A DNA stretch of 64,000 nucleotides from an uncultured Bacteroidales bacterium (lineage in GTDB: Bacteria > Bacteroidota > Bacteroidia > Bacteroidales > P3), in NCBI GenBank assembly GCA_900315335.1, contig OMYR01000018.1:3516-67515 (forward strand), read 5' to 3'. Positions 1 to 9,541 of this stretch are shown piece by piece. Position numbers and translations under genes: made by a program. The notes beneath the pieces are model-generated. The model was given only the letters and a program-made list of their open reading frames with translations, was not told where the DNA came from and made no database searches. Position 1 is the first letter of the stretch. Every line of letters starts with the position of its first letter.

Positions 1-3000
1 TGTCTATTCCCCAAGACCAATATGACGTTCCTGTATAAACTTCCCTTAAAGCCAAAGTAACGGAACCTGCATTTTCCAATTGCTCGGAATAAGTGCTCAA
101 ATCAGTTTTGCAAAGAGTCCAAGTAGTTTGAGTCTTTGGCCAGGAAGCCAAAGCGACAAATGATGTAGGATCGTTCAAATCCGTTATATATCCCAATTCC
201 ATATCACCGCCATTAGGACCTTCCGATTTACCATAAAACTGAACTCTAAGTGTCGATAAATCGTTTGTGAATTGTGGCAATGATATTATTGAGTTTGGAG
301 TTGCTTCGTTAGATGTTATTTTAAGGGCTTTTGATCCTGAATGAATGAATTTGGATTCAGTTATAACTTTTATCGGATATGAAGAAGCTTCAGCCACAAC
401 TTCCCAACAATCTACACGTGCCAAATTGTTATATGATTCAAAATCTTGAACATAGTTGTTCTCTCCATCAATTGTGATTGCAGCACAAGGTGTCTTGAAT
501 TTTATTGTTTCGGAAATTTTTGTCGTTCCATCATCGCAAGTGTTCTTAACATACACCTCATATTCGGTACTTGCTTCCAAATCAGTTAGAGAAGCAGTCA
601 ATCCATCAGCAGTTGCTTCCGAATAATTCATATCCGAAGTTTTCTTGTAATAAACATTGAAATCGGTTTGAGAACCTGTTACTGTCCAAGAAAGAGTCGC
701 AGATTCTGCCGTAACATCTGTAATTTTCAAATTACGTGCCTTGTCGCAATCAGGAATCAAATCAACGGATACATCGTCAATATACCAAGCGGCGGAACTT
801 GCGTTGTCATGATTGAATACTATGTATATGTTTTCTCCGTCAATTGTTGCTTCTCCGAAATCAACAACTTCTTCAAAATAGTTGGTAGAAGGATATTGTG
901 TCGCAGATTTTTCCCAAACATAAACGATGTTCGCGGTGTCTGCCATATTCAAAGAATTTGTAAGACCAACTCTCATTCTACCATAAGAACTTGCATTACC
1001 CGTAGGTTTTGAATTGAATGTAAGTCTTAATGTGGTGATATCTTCCGTAAAGCGAGGAAGGGCGATTATGGTATTATCACCTGAATGGGTGTAGAAATAC
1101 ATGCTGTTTGCCCCTGTCTTCGAATTGTAACCGCTAATGGTAGGGTTATAAGAAGCGGTATTAAGTTTTGTCCAGCAATAGTACAAAGAAGTCGTATTCA
1201 AATCTTCAAACGAAGTTTCCCAAGGGATGTCCATTGCAACACAACGAGTGTGGAATAAAGCACTGATAGGATCTGTCAAACCTCCGTCTTCACATACTCC
1301 TGTAACGGATGCTACGTATGATGTATTGTCCGTTAAATTTTCAATGGCAAAGGTATTTTCAGTAACATTTGTTTCATTTATGATCACTTCATTCGTACCA
1401 TCTACAACCACTTTAACATTGTAGGAAGAAGCATCTCCGTTCCAAGTTATGTTTGCAGATGTTACATCAATATCGGAAACAACCAAACCATTAGGATCCG
1501 AACAAGACGGAGCCAATCCCACAGAAAGAGAATCTATATAGCAAGAAAGTTCCGAATAACCGGTATAACCAGGTTTGTTATGACGAAGTGCTATATATTT
1601 ATCAGTACTTTCATCGGCAACGATAGTTTCCGAGAAGTCAGCCATATTTATTTTAAGAAGATTCCAACTGCTGCCTACTTCCGATGCTGTGTAAGATTTC
1701 AATAACACGAATGAGGAAGTGTCAGTCAAATTTGTCAAATAACCTATTTGTAAATCTCCACAAGAATAAGAGGAACTTACTTTTGCATAGAAAGATAATC
1801 TTAGAGTTTCCAAATCGTTGGAGAATTTTGGAAGGGCATACATAGGTTGCGTAGTTCCATTTGCACCATAATCCTGGTAAGGAATGTACAGTCTGAATGA
1901 GTTGTTTCCCGATTTGGATTGACTGACAACACCACTGGTATAATAACTTGAAGAAACAGGAGTCATACTTGTCCAACAATCAGGAGTCGCTCCTACGATG
2001 TAAGTCTCAAAATCTTCAATATATTTGTCGTTATCCGTAATGGTAATTTCATCAGGACAGGCTGTCTTAAACTGAATAGGGTTGCTTGCTACATTTTCAG
2101 CACAAACAACTTCTACATATGCATCATATATGGTTGCAGGATTTAGATCCGTTAAGGTTATAGTAGGAGTACCGCTGACAGTTTGGGTTTGATATTCCGT
2201 TTCGGTTGTTTTTTTGTAATAAACCACCCAGGAAGTGTTCTCATCCGATTGTTGCCATGTAAGAGTTGCTGTCGTTGAAGTTATTGCGTCTGGTGTAGCA
2301 GCCAACTTCGTTGGTTTTGCACATTCAGGAATAATTTCCAATGTAACGTCGTCAATATACCATTGGTAATAATTGCCACCGCTTATGTATTTGATTGCGG
2401 GATAATAAACGGCATCGACGTCAGCAGTAAAATCTTCAAGTGTGTTGAAAGGAGTTATCATTTCATCATAAACCGAACTCGGCCAATCGGTAGCAAGATA
2501 TTCCTTAACGACAACGAATGTATTGGTATCCGTATTGTCTGTCATAAAACCGACTTGCATTTTGCCATAACTTGATGTAGTACCATTAGGTTTTGCCCAG
2601 GCAACAAGTTGCAATTCCGTGATATCTCCCTGATAACCGTTCAAAGTTATCATAAGGGTGCTTGAAGTACCATTTGAGAAATAAATATCCTTTGAACCTG
2701 TTCTTGCCGTATAGTCATAAACACTCGGATATGAGACCGAGCCGGATAGATAGGCAATAGGTGCGGACCAACAATTAGGCATAAGACCTTTCGTCTCATT
2801 TTCAAATCCGTTGTAATAAGGAAGATCGTCCATCGTTAAAGGAACACATTGTGTTTTGAAAGTAACTTTTTCGTTGGATGTTAAAACACTTTCTCCACAT
2901 ACAGAGGCAACTTTTACTTCATAATCAGTCCCCGAAGCCAAATCGTTCAGTGTATATGTGGTTTCATTTGCGGTTTCTTCCGTCCATTCCGTATCGGTAG

Positions 3001-5266
3001 TTTTCTTGTAAAAGACCGTCCATTCTGCTGCAATATCACCATATTGAGACCAAGTTACCTCAGCGGAATTTGTAGTTATTTCACTTACGGCAATATTGTT
3101 AGGTGCAGGACATTCCGGAACTTTATCCAAAACTATATCATCAATGTACCAAGCATATCCGTATGTTTTTGTAGGGTATTTGATAACAGGATAATAAACT
3201 ACACCGTCTTCCACTTCAAAATCCAAACCGGAGAATATAACGTCATATGGTTTATACTCCGTATTTGCCAATTGGGTGGCAACTATTGTCTTTGCTACAT
3301 GGAAAGAAGTTGTATCGTTCAAATCGGTCATAACACCTATCTCGATTTGTCCGTAAGATTGAGTAGTACCTCCCGGTTTAATGTAAGCGGACAATTGAAG
3401 ATCCTTTATATTTCCTTGGTAACCCGGTAATGCAACCATATTGCCATTGGATGTTGTGTTATAAAGTCTCATGCAATTATTTCCGTTGTGTGCTGAATAA
3501 TTTAAGACGTTTGGATAACTATCGTACGAGGTTTGGGCTTTTTCCAAGATTGTCCAGCAGGCAATGTTCATCAACGAATAATTCGCAGCCGTTTCGTTTT
3601 CAAAATCCATCTGATAAGGCAAAGTCGATTCAACAATTGCTTCACAAGGAGTCTTGAATGAAATCGTTGCAACATCCGTAGGTGTTCCGTCCGAACAGAA
3701 ACCTGCTATTGTAACGGTGTATGTCGTTAAAGTCGTAAGTTCCGTCAAATCATAATTTGTTTCCGTAATGTCGGTAAGTGAGGCAACCTCCGTATTGTTT
3801 TCATCTTTCACCGTAATGTTGAATGTAGCGGCTGTTGAAAGCCAACTCAAATTTGCACTTGTAGCCGTCAAGTTGCTTACGGTAAGGTCTGACGGTCCTT
3901 TGCAATCCGGAGTTATCATAACCTGTACACTATCTATATAGTAAAAATTATAGGAAGAAGTTACACCGGAATTTTGGCGTATCGCTATATAAGGAGTGCC
4001 TTCAACTTGCTGCAATTGTTCTGCATAATAATCCAAATCCGCAGTGTATTTTTTCCAAGTGCTTGAGGCTTCTATCGTTTTCAATGCAACAAAAGTGGAA
4101 GAGTCTTCCAAATCCGTTATGTAACCTATCTGCAAGGAGCCGGAATTAGCCGATTCGTATCGTGCATACAATGAAACTCTTAAAGTCGATAAATCATTTG
4201 TAAATTTTGGTAAAGCAATTATAGGTTTTTGGCAATTTGCTGAAGCATACATAGCAAGGGCTTTTGTCCCACCGTTTGCATATATTGATGCAACGTTTGA
4301 CGGATGATTATCGTCTTGCGAAACCATCGTTAAGCAGTTGGGAAAATCTGACACTTGATAAGATTCAAAATCTTCTACATATGTATTTTGTTCATCTATG
4401 GTCAGTTCATCCAAACATTGTGTGGTAAAAGTTCCCAAAATCCATTGACTTGTTCCATCGGTGCCGCAATTGGATCTCAGTTTGTATTTGTAATTCGTTC
4501 CCGGAAGTAGATCGGAAAGCGTAATCGAGTTTGTTTCGCTCGAGATGTTGTCATCATTCCAATCGGCAGTAACCAACTCGTATTCGAAATCATAACTGTC
4601 GGCAGAACCGGTGAAACTAAGTGTTCCGTTATCGGTAACGAACGAACTTACGATATCGGTAGGTGCCGGACAATCGACGTTAGGGATGAAGACATCATCA
4701 ACGTAAATTCCTATACCGTTATTATCCACTACGTGAAATGCAATATAAATGTTTTGCCCGTTATATTCCGACAAATCTATATCATACTTTTGGTAGGTGT
4801 CCGACAAATCAATCGCTTGGATTTGTGTGAAATTTGCCGTGTCGCTTGTTGATGTTGAAACTTCAATGTAGAGTTTGCTATCATCAGCGAAATTAATGTT
4901 CCCTAACTTAGCATAGAAAGACAATGTCATTCCGGTTTTGGCAGCAATCTGCGGAGTAATCAAAAAATTACTGCAACCGCTATAATCATAATCGTGTCGG
5001 GCACAGTAATACCCGGTATGATAATAGTAGGAATGAGCCGACCATTGGGAGGTCTTAGTACCTTTAATTTCCCAACCGTCAGGAGGAAAAGTGTTCTCAA
5101 ATCCTTCCTCCAAAGAGGTTATTTGAGAATATCCGCTTAATGAGAGCAACGTCATAAGCAGACAAAACATAGGAATAACTCCTTTACGTACAGCCCGCAC
5201 AAGGGATCGGATACAATCCGTCCGCCATCGGCTGGATCTCGTTTGAAGATCATGTGTTTTTTTCAT
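1..5266 (-). CDS. Giant modular secreted/cell-surface protein, first 1755 codons (3' end lies beyond the left window edge)
   Basis: Absent from the ORF track because there is no stop inside the window. The minus-strand frame from ATG 5266-5264 stays open to nt 1 in my hand translation. Both ends were checked codon by codon: MKKTHDLQTRSSRW...MFCLLMTLLSLSGYSQ (signal-like) at the start and ...TLALREVYTGTSYWSWGID at nt 58-2. A WYIDD(V/I)-type motif recurs at about nt 780, 1540, 2355, 3145, 3937 and 4700 (760-815 nt spacing). Each copy is followed by P(D/E)C and an Fn3-like segment (e.g. ATLTWQ, YEVYV). The + strand ORFs at 668-3657 are antisense to it. Confidence 0.8.
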   Translation of the reverse strand, partial: MKKTHDLQTRSSRWRTDCIRSLVRAVRKGVIPMFCLLMTLLSLSGYSQITSLEEGFENTFPPDGWEIKGTKTSQWSAHSYYYHTGYYCARHDYDYSGCSNFLITPQIAAKTGMTLSFYAKLGNINFADDSKLYIEVSTSTSDTANFTQIQAIDLSDTYQKYDIDLSEYNGQNIYIAFHVVDNNGIGIYVDDVFIPNVDCPAPTDIVSSFVTDNGTLSFTGSADSYDFEYELVTADWNDDNISSETNSITLSDLLPGTNYKYKLRSNCGTDGTSQWILGTFTTQCLDELTIDEQNTYVEDFESYQVSDFPNCLTMVSQDDNHPSNVASIYANGGTKALAMYASANCQKPIIALPKFTNDLSTLRVSLYARYESANSGSLQIGYITDLEDSSTFVALKTIEASSTWKKYTADLDYYAEQLQQVEGTPYIAIRQNSGVTSSYNFYYIDSVQVMITPDCKGPSDLTVSNLTATSANLSWLSTAATFNITVKDENNTEVASLTDITETNYDLTELTTLTTYTVTIAGFCSDGTPTDVATISFKTPCEAIVESTLPYQMDFENETAANYSLMNIACWTILEKAQTSYDSYPNVLNYSAHNGNNCMRLYNTTSNGNMVALPGYQGNIKDLQLSAYIKPGGTTQSYGQIEIGVMTDLNDTTSFHVAKTIVATQLANTEYKPYDVIFSGLDFEVEDGVVYYPVIKYPTKTYGYAWYIDDIVLDKVPECPAPNNIAVSEITTNSAEVTWSQYGDIAAEWTVFYKKTTDTEWTEETANETTYTLNDLASGTDYEVKVASVCGESVLTSNEKVTFKTQCVPLTMDDLPYYNGFENETKGLMPNCWSAPIAYLSGSVSYPSVYDYTARTGSKDIYFSNGTSSTLMITLNGYQGDITELQLVAWAKPNGTTSSYGKMQVGFMTDNTDTNTFVVVKEYLATDWPSSVYDEMITPFNTLEDFTADVDAVYYPAIKYISGGNYYQWYIDDVTLEIIPECAKPTKLAATPDAITSTTATLTWQQSDENTSWVVYYKKTTETEYQTQTVSGTPTITLTDLNPATIYDAYVEVVCAENVASNPIQFKTACPDEITITDNDKYIEDFETYIVGATPDCWTSMTPVSSSYYTSGVVSQSKSGNNSFRLYIPYQDYGANGTTQPMYALPKFSNDLETLRLSFYAKVSSSYSCGDLQIGYLTNLTDTSSFVLLKSYTASEVGSSWNLLKINMADFSETIVADESTDKYIALRHNKPGYTGYSELSCYIDSLSVGLAPSCSDPNGLVVSDIDVTSANITWNGDASSYNVKVVVDGTNEVIINETNVTENTFAIENLTDNTSYVASVTGVCEDGGLTDPISALFHTRCVAMDIPWETSFEDLNTTSLYYCWTKLNTASYNPTISGYNSKTGANSMYFYTHSGDNTIIALPRFTEDITTLRLTFNSKPTGNASSYGRMRVGLTNSLNMADTANIVYVWEKSATQYPSTNYFEEVVDFGEATIDGENIYIVFNHDNASSAAWYIDDVSVDLIPDCDKARNLKITDVTAESATLSWTVTGSQTDFNVYYKKTSDMNYSEATADGLTASLTDLEASTEYEVYVKNTCDDGTTKISETIKFKTPCAAITIDGENNYVQDFESYNNLARVDCWEVVAEASSYPIKVITESKFIHSGSKALKITSNEATPNSIISLPQFTNDLSTLRVQFYGKSEGPNGGDMELGYITDLNDPTSFVALASWPKTQTTWTLCKTDLSTYSEQLENAGSVTLALREVYTGTSYWSWGID

Positions 5267-5532
5267 TTTAGTAAAATTTTATGTTCAACAATAAATTATT
5301 TGCAATATCCATTCGCAAAACAAATCGCAAAGATACATATTTTCTCAAATATAAAAACGAAAATTTTATTTTTATATTGCAGTTCTTGTTAAATATTCGG
5401 TGATAATGGATGTTATCGGTTGATTGTTTTATTGAAAAATTTCTTTTTATTGCAATCGAATTTTTTTTGATGACACATATTTATTCTTTCGAAATATCAA
5501 AATAAAAAATCATAGGTAATATCGGTTTATTG

Positions 5533-5596
5533 GTGTTAAATATTATTTTGGTAATGTTTAATACTATTTCAACGATGTTTAATACTATTTCAGATA
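5533..5596. repeat. 21-bp-phased repeat array, locus A (3 units)
   Basis: Units are GTGTTAAATATTATTTTGGTAA / TGTTTAATACTATTTCAACGA / TGTTTAATACTATTTCAGATA. Units 2 and 3 start at 5555 and 5576, exactly 21 nt apart. Lies upstream of the giant gene and downstream of pcm. Confidence 0.75.
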
Positions 5597-5654
5597 AAAG
5601 TAGAAATAGTTTGTTCGATATTTATGTCAAGTCGGCAATGAAAACAAAGGCTTT

Positions 5655-6299
5655 TTATTGTTGCTTGTCTTTAAGCATGGGGACGAACTTGAAATTACCG
5701 AAAGTTTCTTTTTTTAATTCGGTTTCCGATATTTTGGTTAGTCTGTACATAGTCTGCGATTCGTCGCCTACGGGAATGACCATGATACCGCCGATTTTCA
5801 ACTGGCTAACCAAGTCTTGCGGAATGAAAGGTGCTCCGCAAGTAACTATAATCTTGTCGAAAGGAGCAAATTGCGGCAATCCTTTGTAACCGTCGCCATA
5901 AAAACATAGCGGATGTATATTCAATTCATCGAAAAGTTTTTGGGCTGACGTGTATAAAGGCTTTTGCCTCTCGATAGTATAAACCCTTGAAGACAATTTG
6001 TACAAAACAGCAGTTTGATAACCGCTGCCCGTGCCGATTTCAAGGATTTTTTCTCTGTTTTTGACTTCCAAAAGTTGGGTTTGAAAAGCGACTGTCGAGG
6101 GTTGAGATATGGTTTGGTCGCAAAGTATTCCTATCGCTCTGTCTTCATAAGCGAGCATTTCCAAAGACCTATCCATAAACAAATGTCGTGGTATCTTGCC
6201 CATAACGTCCAAAACTTTTTGGTCGGTTATACCTTTTGTTATAAGCGTTTCTACCATTTTTTTTCTCATTCCTTGCATCAAGGTCGTTTCTTGTATCAT
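5655..6299 (-). CDS. pcm: Protein-L-isoaspartate O-methyltransferase
   Basis: 214 aa. SAM-binding motif ILEIGTGSGYQTAVL, plus TISQPSTVA and the GGIMVIPVG C-terminal motif typical of PCMT. Confidence 0.9.
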   Translation of the reverse strand: MIQETTLMQGMRKKMVETLITKGITDQKVLDVMGKIPRHLFMDRSLEMLAYEDRAIGILCDQTISQPSTVAFQTQLLEVKNREKILEIGTGSGYQTAVLYKLSSRVYTIERQKPLYTSAQKLFDELNIHPLCFYGDGYKGLPQFAPFDKIIVTCGAPFIPQDLVSQLKIGGIMVIPVGDESQTMYRLTKISETELKKETFGNFKFVPMLKDKQQ

Positions 6300-6354
6300 A
6301 GTTGTTTTAGTCGGGATTAAAAGTATTGTTTTATTTGTTTTGGCTATTATTTAA

Positions 6355-6831
6355 TTAATAACTGATAATATCAATATTGTTTTCGCCGATAAGACCATAC
6401 ATTTTTTTGCTTTCGCAAATCTTTTCGTTCGCTCTTTCGGGGTAAAGAACAATCAGCGGGCATTCAAACGAAAGAATTGTACGCTTGCCCGCCTGACAGA
6501 TTGAGATGTAAGGCAAAATACTATTGTAGTTCATTCGTTCCGAATTGTCTTTTGTGTATGCGGCAATGGCAAAGAAGTTCATAGGAGTCTTAACGGAATT
6601 TTCTACTCTCCAAACCTCGCATCCAAGAGACACATCGCTATGGGTTTCTGCGAAAACATAAGAAATTGTAGAGGCTTTCTTGTTTTTTTGCGTTAAAGAA
6701 AAAATCTTTATTGCTTGATTGTTCTCGCCAATACTGTCTTTGACTTTATACATTTGTGCAGAGCAAATGTCAATGCTTGTAAAGGCAATTAAAAACAAAG
6801 AAACTATGTAAATATTAAAGTACTTCGTCAT
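6355..6831 (-). CDS. Hypothetical secreted protein
   Basis: The ORF track starts at 6903, but the first 24 codons (MIGKIVLNTNIVKTH...) read through repeat locus B. The internal ATG at 6831 gives MTKYFNIYIVSLFLIAFTSIDICSAQ, a clean signal peptide. No family recognised. Confidence 0.5.
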   Translation of the reverse strand: MTKYFNIYIVSLFLIAFTSIDICSAQMYKVKDSIGENNQAIKIFSLTQKNKKASTISYVFAETHSDVSLGCEVWRVENSVKTPMNFFAIAAYTKDNSERMNYNSILPYISICQAGKRTILSFECPLIVLYPERANEKICESKKMYGLIGENNIDIISY

Positions 6832-6870
6832 AGGGTTGTCGCATATTAATTTTGCAATGTGTGTTTTTAC

Positions 6871-6938
6871 GATATTAGTGTTTAATACTATTTTGCCAAT
6901 CAAAGAAAAGAAAAAATTAGTTTCACTAACTATTTTTT
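6871..6938. repeat. 21-bp-phased repeat array, locus B
   Basis: Contains GATATTAGTGTTTAATACTATTTTGCC ... AAAAAATTAGTTTCACTAACTATTTTTT. These are the same words (TTAGTGTTTAA, TTAGTTTCACTAA) as at the other loci. Confidence 0.65.
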
Positions 6939-7705
6939 CGTTTCGACGGAGGAGTCGTGGAATAGGTTAGTCCCTGATTGTCTTGTTTGGATAGTTTTGT
7001 GCCGTCAATGTCGTAAATCTCGTAACCCAAAGGTTTGCCTTCGGAAGAGAAGTATTCCCATTTTCCGATTCTGTTGCCTTTGTTGAATTTACCTGAAATA
7101 ATTTTTTGGCCATTCTCGGCATAAACCGTATAAGTGGAATCCTGCATACCATCTATATAATAATGTATGGAATTGATGTTGCCGTTTTCGTGCCAAGACA
7201 TCGCTTCGCCTTGCGGAATGTTGCCTTTAAGATTAACTCTCTCCATAATTTTGAAAGAATTGAAAAAGCGATAAAATATTTCACCCTTATCATCTTTTTT
7301 TATGCGAACGGAAACGGGAGTACCCTCGTTTGAAAAAGCAATGGCTATAATTTTATCATTTTTATTGACAAGGACGGAGTCTTCATCAAAATAGAATTGC
7401 CAATCTTCGCCGTTCTTGTTTTTTGAATAGTCGGCTTGGGCGAATAAAGTGCCGTCCTCAAAATAATATTTCCAAATACCGCTTTTGTTTTTGTTGTTGA
7501 ATTTTCCTTCCAAGCGTAACTTACCGTTATTGTAGAAATGTTCTTCATATGTTTTGACTTTTTTGCCGTCTTTTGTTTTAAGATATTCGACAATGAACGG
7601 TTTGCCGTCTTCGTAAGATGCTACAACTTTTTTTTCTCCCTTTGAGCAAGAAAACATAATCAAAGATATTAAACATATAAATGCTGTTTTTTTCAAATTA
7701 ATCAT
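6926..7705 (-). CDS. MORN-repeat-variant (YwqK-like) lipoprotein
   Basis: 259 aa. Lipoprotein signal LIMFSCS. Repeated G-x-W-x-Y-(Y/F)-x-x-G units (GIWKYYFEDGTL, GKWEYFSSEGKP, MSWHENGNI). Confidence 0.65.
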   Translation of the reverse strand: MINLKKTAFICLISLIMFSCSKGEKKVVASYEDGKPFIVEYLKTKDGKKVKTYEEHFYNNGKLRLEGKFNNKNKSGIWKYYFEDGTLFAQADYSKNKNGEDWQFYFDEDSVLVNKNDKIIAIAFSNEGTPVSVRIKKDDKGEIFYRFFNSFKIMERVNLKGNIPQGEAMSWHENGNINSIHYYIDGMQDSTYTVYAENGQKIISGKFNKGNRIGKWEYFSSEGKPLGYEIYDIDGTKLSKQDNQGLTYSTTPPSKRKNS

Positions 7706-7958
7706 AGTTGAGATTGTTTTTTCATACGTTTGAAGCGCAAAATTACGAAAACTTTTTCGTCTGGGATATTAAAGTTTTCTTTTTATTGATTTTGACGAAT
7801 TGTTTTGGTAAATGAGCGGATTTTTATTTATGATGAATTTAGGGGATAAATAAGTTTTTTCAATTATTATAATATTGAAAAATAAGATATTAAACAAATG
7901 CGTTTAAGAAATATTGAAAAATTTTTCAAAATCATTACTTCATATCACAAAAAGTTTA

Positions 7959-7966
7959 TATTTTTG
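7959..7966 (+). promoter_or_regulatory. Bacteroides-type -7 box (TATTTTTG) upstream of the ferredoxin gene
   Basis: Matches the TAnnTTTG consensus, 35 nt upstream of ATG 8001. Confidence 0.4.
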
Positions 7967-8000
7967 CAAATAGTTATAAACCTTAAAATACTTAAAAGAA

Positions 8001-8171
8001 ATGGCATACAAAATTTCAGACAATTGTGCAGCATGTGGCACTTGCATTGACGAATGTCCAAACGGAGCAATCTCTGAGGGACCAATTTATAAAATAGACC
8101 CTGACAAATGTGTTGATTGTGGTACTTGCGCAGACGTTTGTCCTATGGAAGCAATTGCTCCTGAGGATTAA
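8001..8171 (+). CDS. 2x[4Fe-4S] ferredoxin (56 aa)
   Basis: Below the ORF-track size cutoff. Hand translation: MAYKISDNCAACGTCIDECPNGAISEGPIYKIDPDKCVDCGTCADVCPMEAIAPED. Two CxxCxxCxxxCP clusters. Stop TAA at 8169-8171. Confidence 0.9.
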   Translation: MAYKISDNCAACGTCIDECPNGAISEGPIYKIDPDKCVDCGTCADVCPMEAIAPED

Positions 8172-8195
8172 AAAGTGAGATAAAGATTGTAATAA

Positions 8196-8230
8196 AGCCC
8201 TGCGAGTATATTTTTTGCAGGGCTTTTTTG
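8196..8230 (+). terminator. Rho-independent terminator after the ferredoxin gene
   Basis: Stem AGCCCTGC ... GCAGGGCT followed by TTTTTTG. Confidence 0.7.
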
Positions 8231-8279
8231 TAAAAATATGGGTTTATAACCTTTATTATATTTAATAATTTAGAAAGAA

Positions 8280-8936
8280 ATGACAAACGAAGAATTGGGT
8301 AAGCAGATTCATAACAAGACCTTACTTTTGAATGATATTTTGGACAAAACTCGTAAAACTTTTGAACTGATGCGTGTTCAGGCAAGAGAGATAATGGAAT
8401 ATATGTCGAAGGAATATCCGAATGAGTTTGTGTTTGAAGACAAAAACAATAACGAATTTGAGATACGTTTTGGTTCGGATATACTTGTTTTTGTTATGCA
8501 CACCAATGTTTTTGAGTTTTCACGCAACCATGAAGTTATGCGTTTGCCGTATGTTCAGCAAGATCGCAACCGTTCTTTTTGTGGAATGATAAATATATAC
8601 AATTTCTTAACGGATTCATTCGATTATAATAGGGATTATGATTTAGGATATTTGATAGGAAGAGTTTTTATAAACAAAGACAATCATTATTTCATCGAAG
8701 GCAAAAGAGAAGTAGGATTGTTGTATTCTTCATTCAATACGGCAGTGATTGATGAGCAAAGCGTTTGTGATATTATTCGCTCTTCAATGGAATATGCGAA
8801 CAATTTTGACCTATTAACACCGCCATTTGATGAGGTAAAAGAGATTTCTGTGTCTGAAATACGCTCTTCTGCGGTATTGGGAGGTAAGATTACGGCTAAA
8901 CGATTGGGCTTTGAGTTTCAACAAGATAAAGAATAG
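8280..8936 (+). CDS. Hypothetical protein (218 aa)
   Basis: Long ORF with typical coding composition. No signal peptide and no motif I recognise. Confidence 0.5.
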   Translation: MTNEELGKQIHNKTLLLNDILDKTRKTFELMRVQAREIMEYMSKEYPNEFVFEDKNNNEFEIRFGSDILVFVMHTNVFEFSRNHEVMRLPYVQQDRNRSFCGMINIYNFLTDSFDYNRDYDLGYLIGRVFINKDNHYFIEGKREVGLLYSSFNTAVIDEQSVCDIIRSSMEYANNFDLLTPPFDEVKEISVSEIRSSAVLGGKITAKRLGFEFQQDKE

Positions 8937-8970
8937 AAATTATTTTTTTTGACAAAAAATTGTGGAAAAG

Positions 8971-9002
8971 TTTGGTGGGTATGTAGAATTGTTATAATTT
9001 TG
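8971..9002 (+). promoter_or_regulatory. Bacteroides-type promoter (TTTG -33, TAATTTTG -7) for tRNA-Glu
   Basis: TTTG at 8971-8974 and TAATTTTG at 8995-9002 with a 20-nt spacer. The tRNA starts about 20 nt downstream. Confidence 0.55.
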
Positions 9003-9022
9003 CAACCTGAAAAACAGACAAC

Positions 9023-9097
9023 GCCCCGTTCGTCTAGTTGGCCTAGGACGCGAGATTTTCATTCTCGAAATCAGGGGTTCAAATCCCCTACGGGGTA
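9023..9097 (+). tRNA. tRNA-Glu (anticodon UUC)
   Basis: Cloverleaf drawn by hand. Acceptor GCCCCGT/ACGGGGT (G1-U72 wobble). D stem GTCT/GGAC. Anticodon stem CGAGA/TCTCG with loop TTTTCAT (anticodon TTC). T stem AGGGG/CCCCT with loop TTCAAAT. CCA is not encoded. Confidence 0.9.
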
Positions 9098-9168
9098 CAA
9101 AGAGAGGCGGAAGAGTTTTTCGCAAAGTGAAGAATAAAGTTTAGGATAAAAGAAAGACTAAAAATAAA

Positions 9169-9420
9169 ATGGCAAATCATAAAAGTGCATTAAAGAGAGT
9201 ACGTCAGAGCGAAAAGAGAAAATTGTACAATCGTTATCATTCAAAAACGATGAGACATGCTTTGAGAGATTTTAGAGCTATTACAGATAAGAAAGAAGCA
9301 GAAGAAAAACTTCCTAAAATGATTTCTGTAATTGATAAGTTGGCACAGCGTTCTATTATTCACAAGAATAAAGCAGCTAACTTGAAATCAAAATGTATGA
9401 AGAAAGTAGCGACTTTGTAG
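9169..9420 (+). CDS. rpsT: 30S ribosomal protein S20
   Basis: 83 aa. N-terminus MANHKSALKRVRQSEKRKLYNR is typical of bS20. Very basic. Confidence 0.92.
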   Translation: MANHKSALKRVRQSEKRKLYNRYHSKTMRHALRDFRAITDKKEAEEKLPKMISVIDKLAQRSIIHKNKAANLKSKCMKKVATL

Positions 9421-9448
9421 TAAATGATTTAGTCGAGAGAAGAAGATA

Positions 9449-9479
9449 AACTCCGTCATTTAGTGGCGGAGTATTTTTG
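9449..9479 (+). terminator. Rho-independent terminator after rpsT
   Basis: Stem ACTCCGTC ... GGCGGAGT (one mismatch) followed by ATTTTTG. Confidence 0.55.
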
Positions 9480-9541
9480 TGTGTTAAGGAGTAGAGTATT
9501 TTTTACTTAATCTAAATGACAAATTCAATAAATAAGATGTT

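Noticed and set aside
668-3657. Six + strand ORFs of 65-128 aa (668-1012, 1227-1424, 2363-2575, 3044-3430, 3430-3657 and others)
   Set aside because: All lie antisense to the continuous minus-strand giant ORF. Their products are Cys/Arg/Ile-rich with no motifs. They are shadow ORFs.
8940-9137. Two overlapping 61-62-aa ORFs on opposite strands
   Set aside because: They cover the tRNA-Glu gene and its promoter. The tRNA cloverleaf explains the region.
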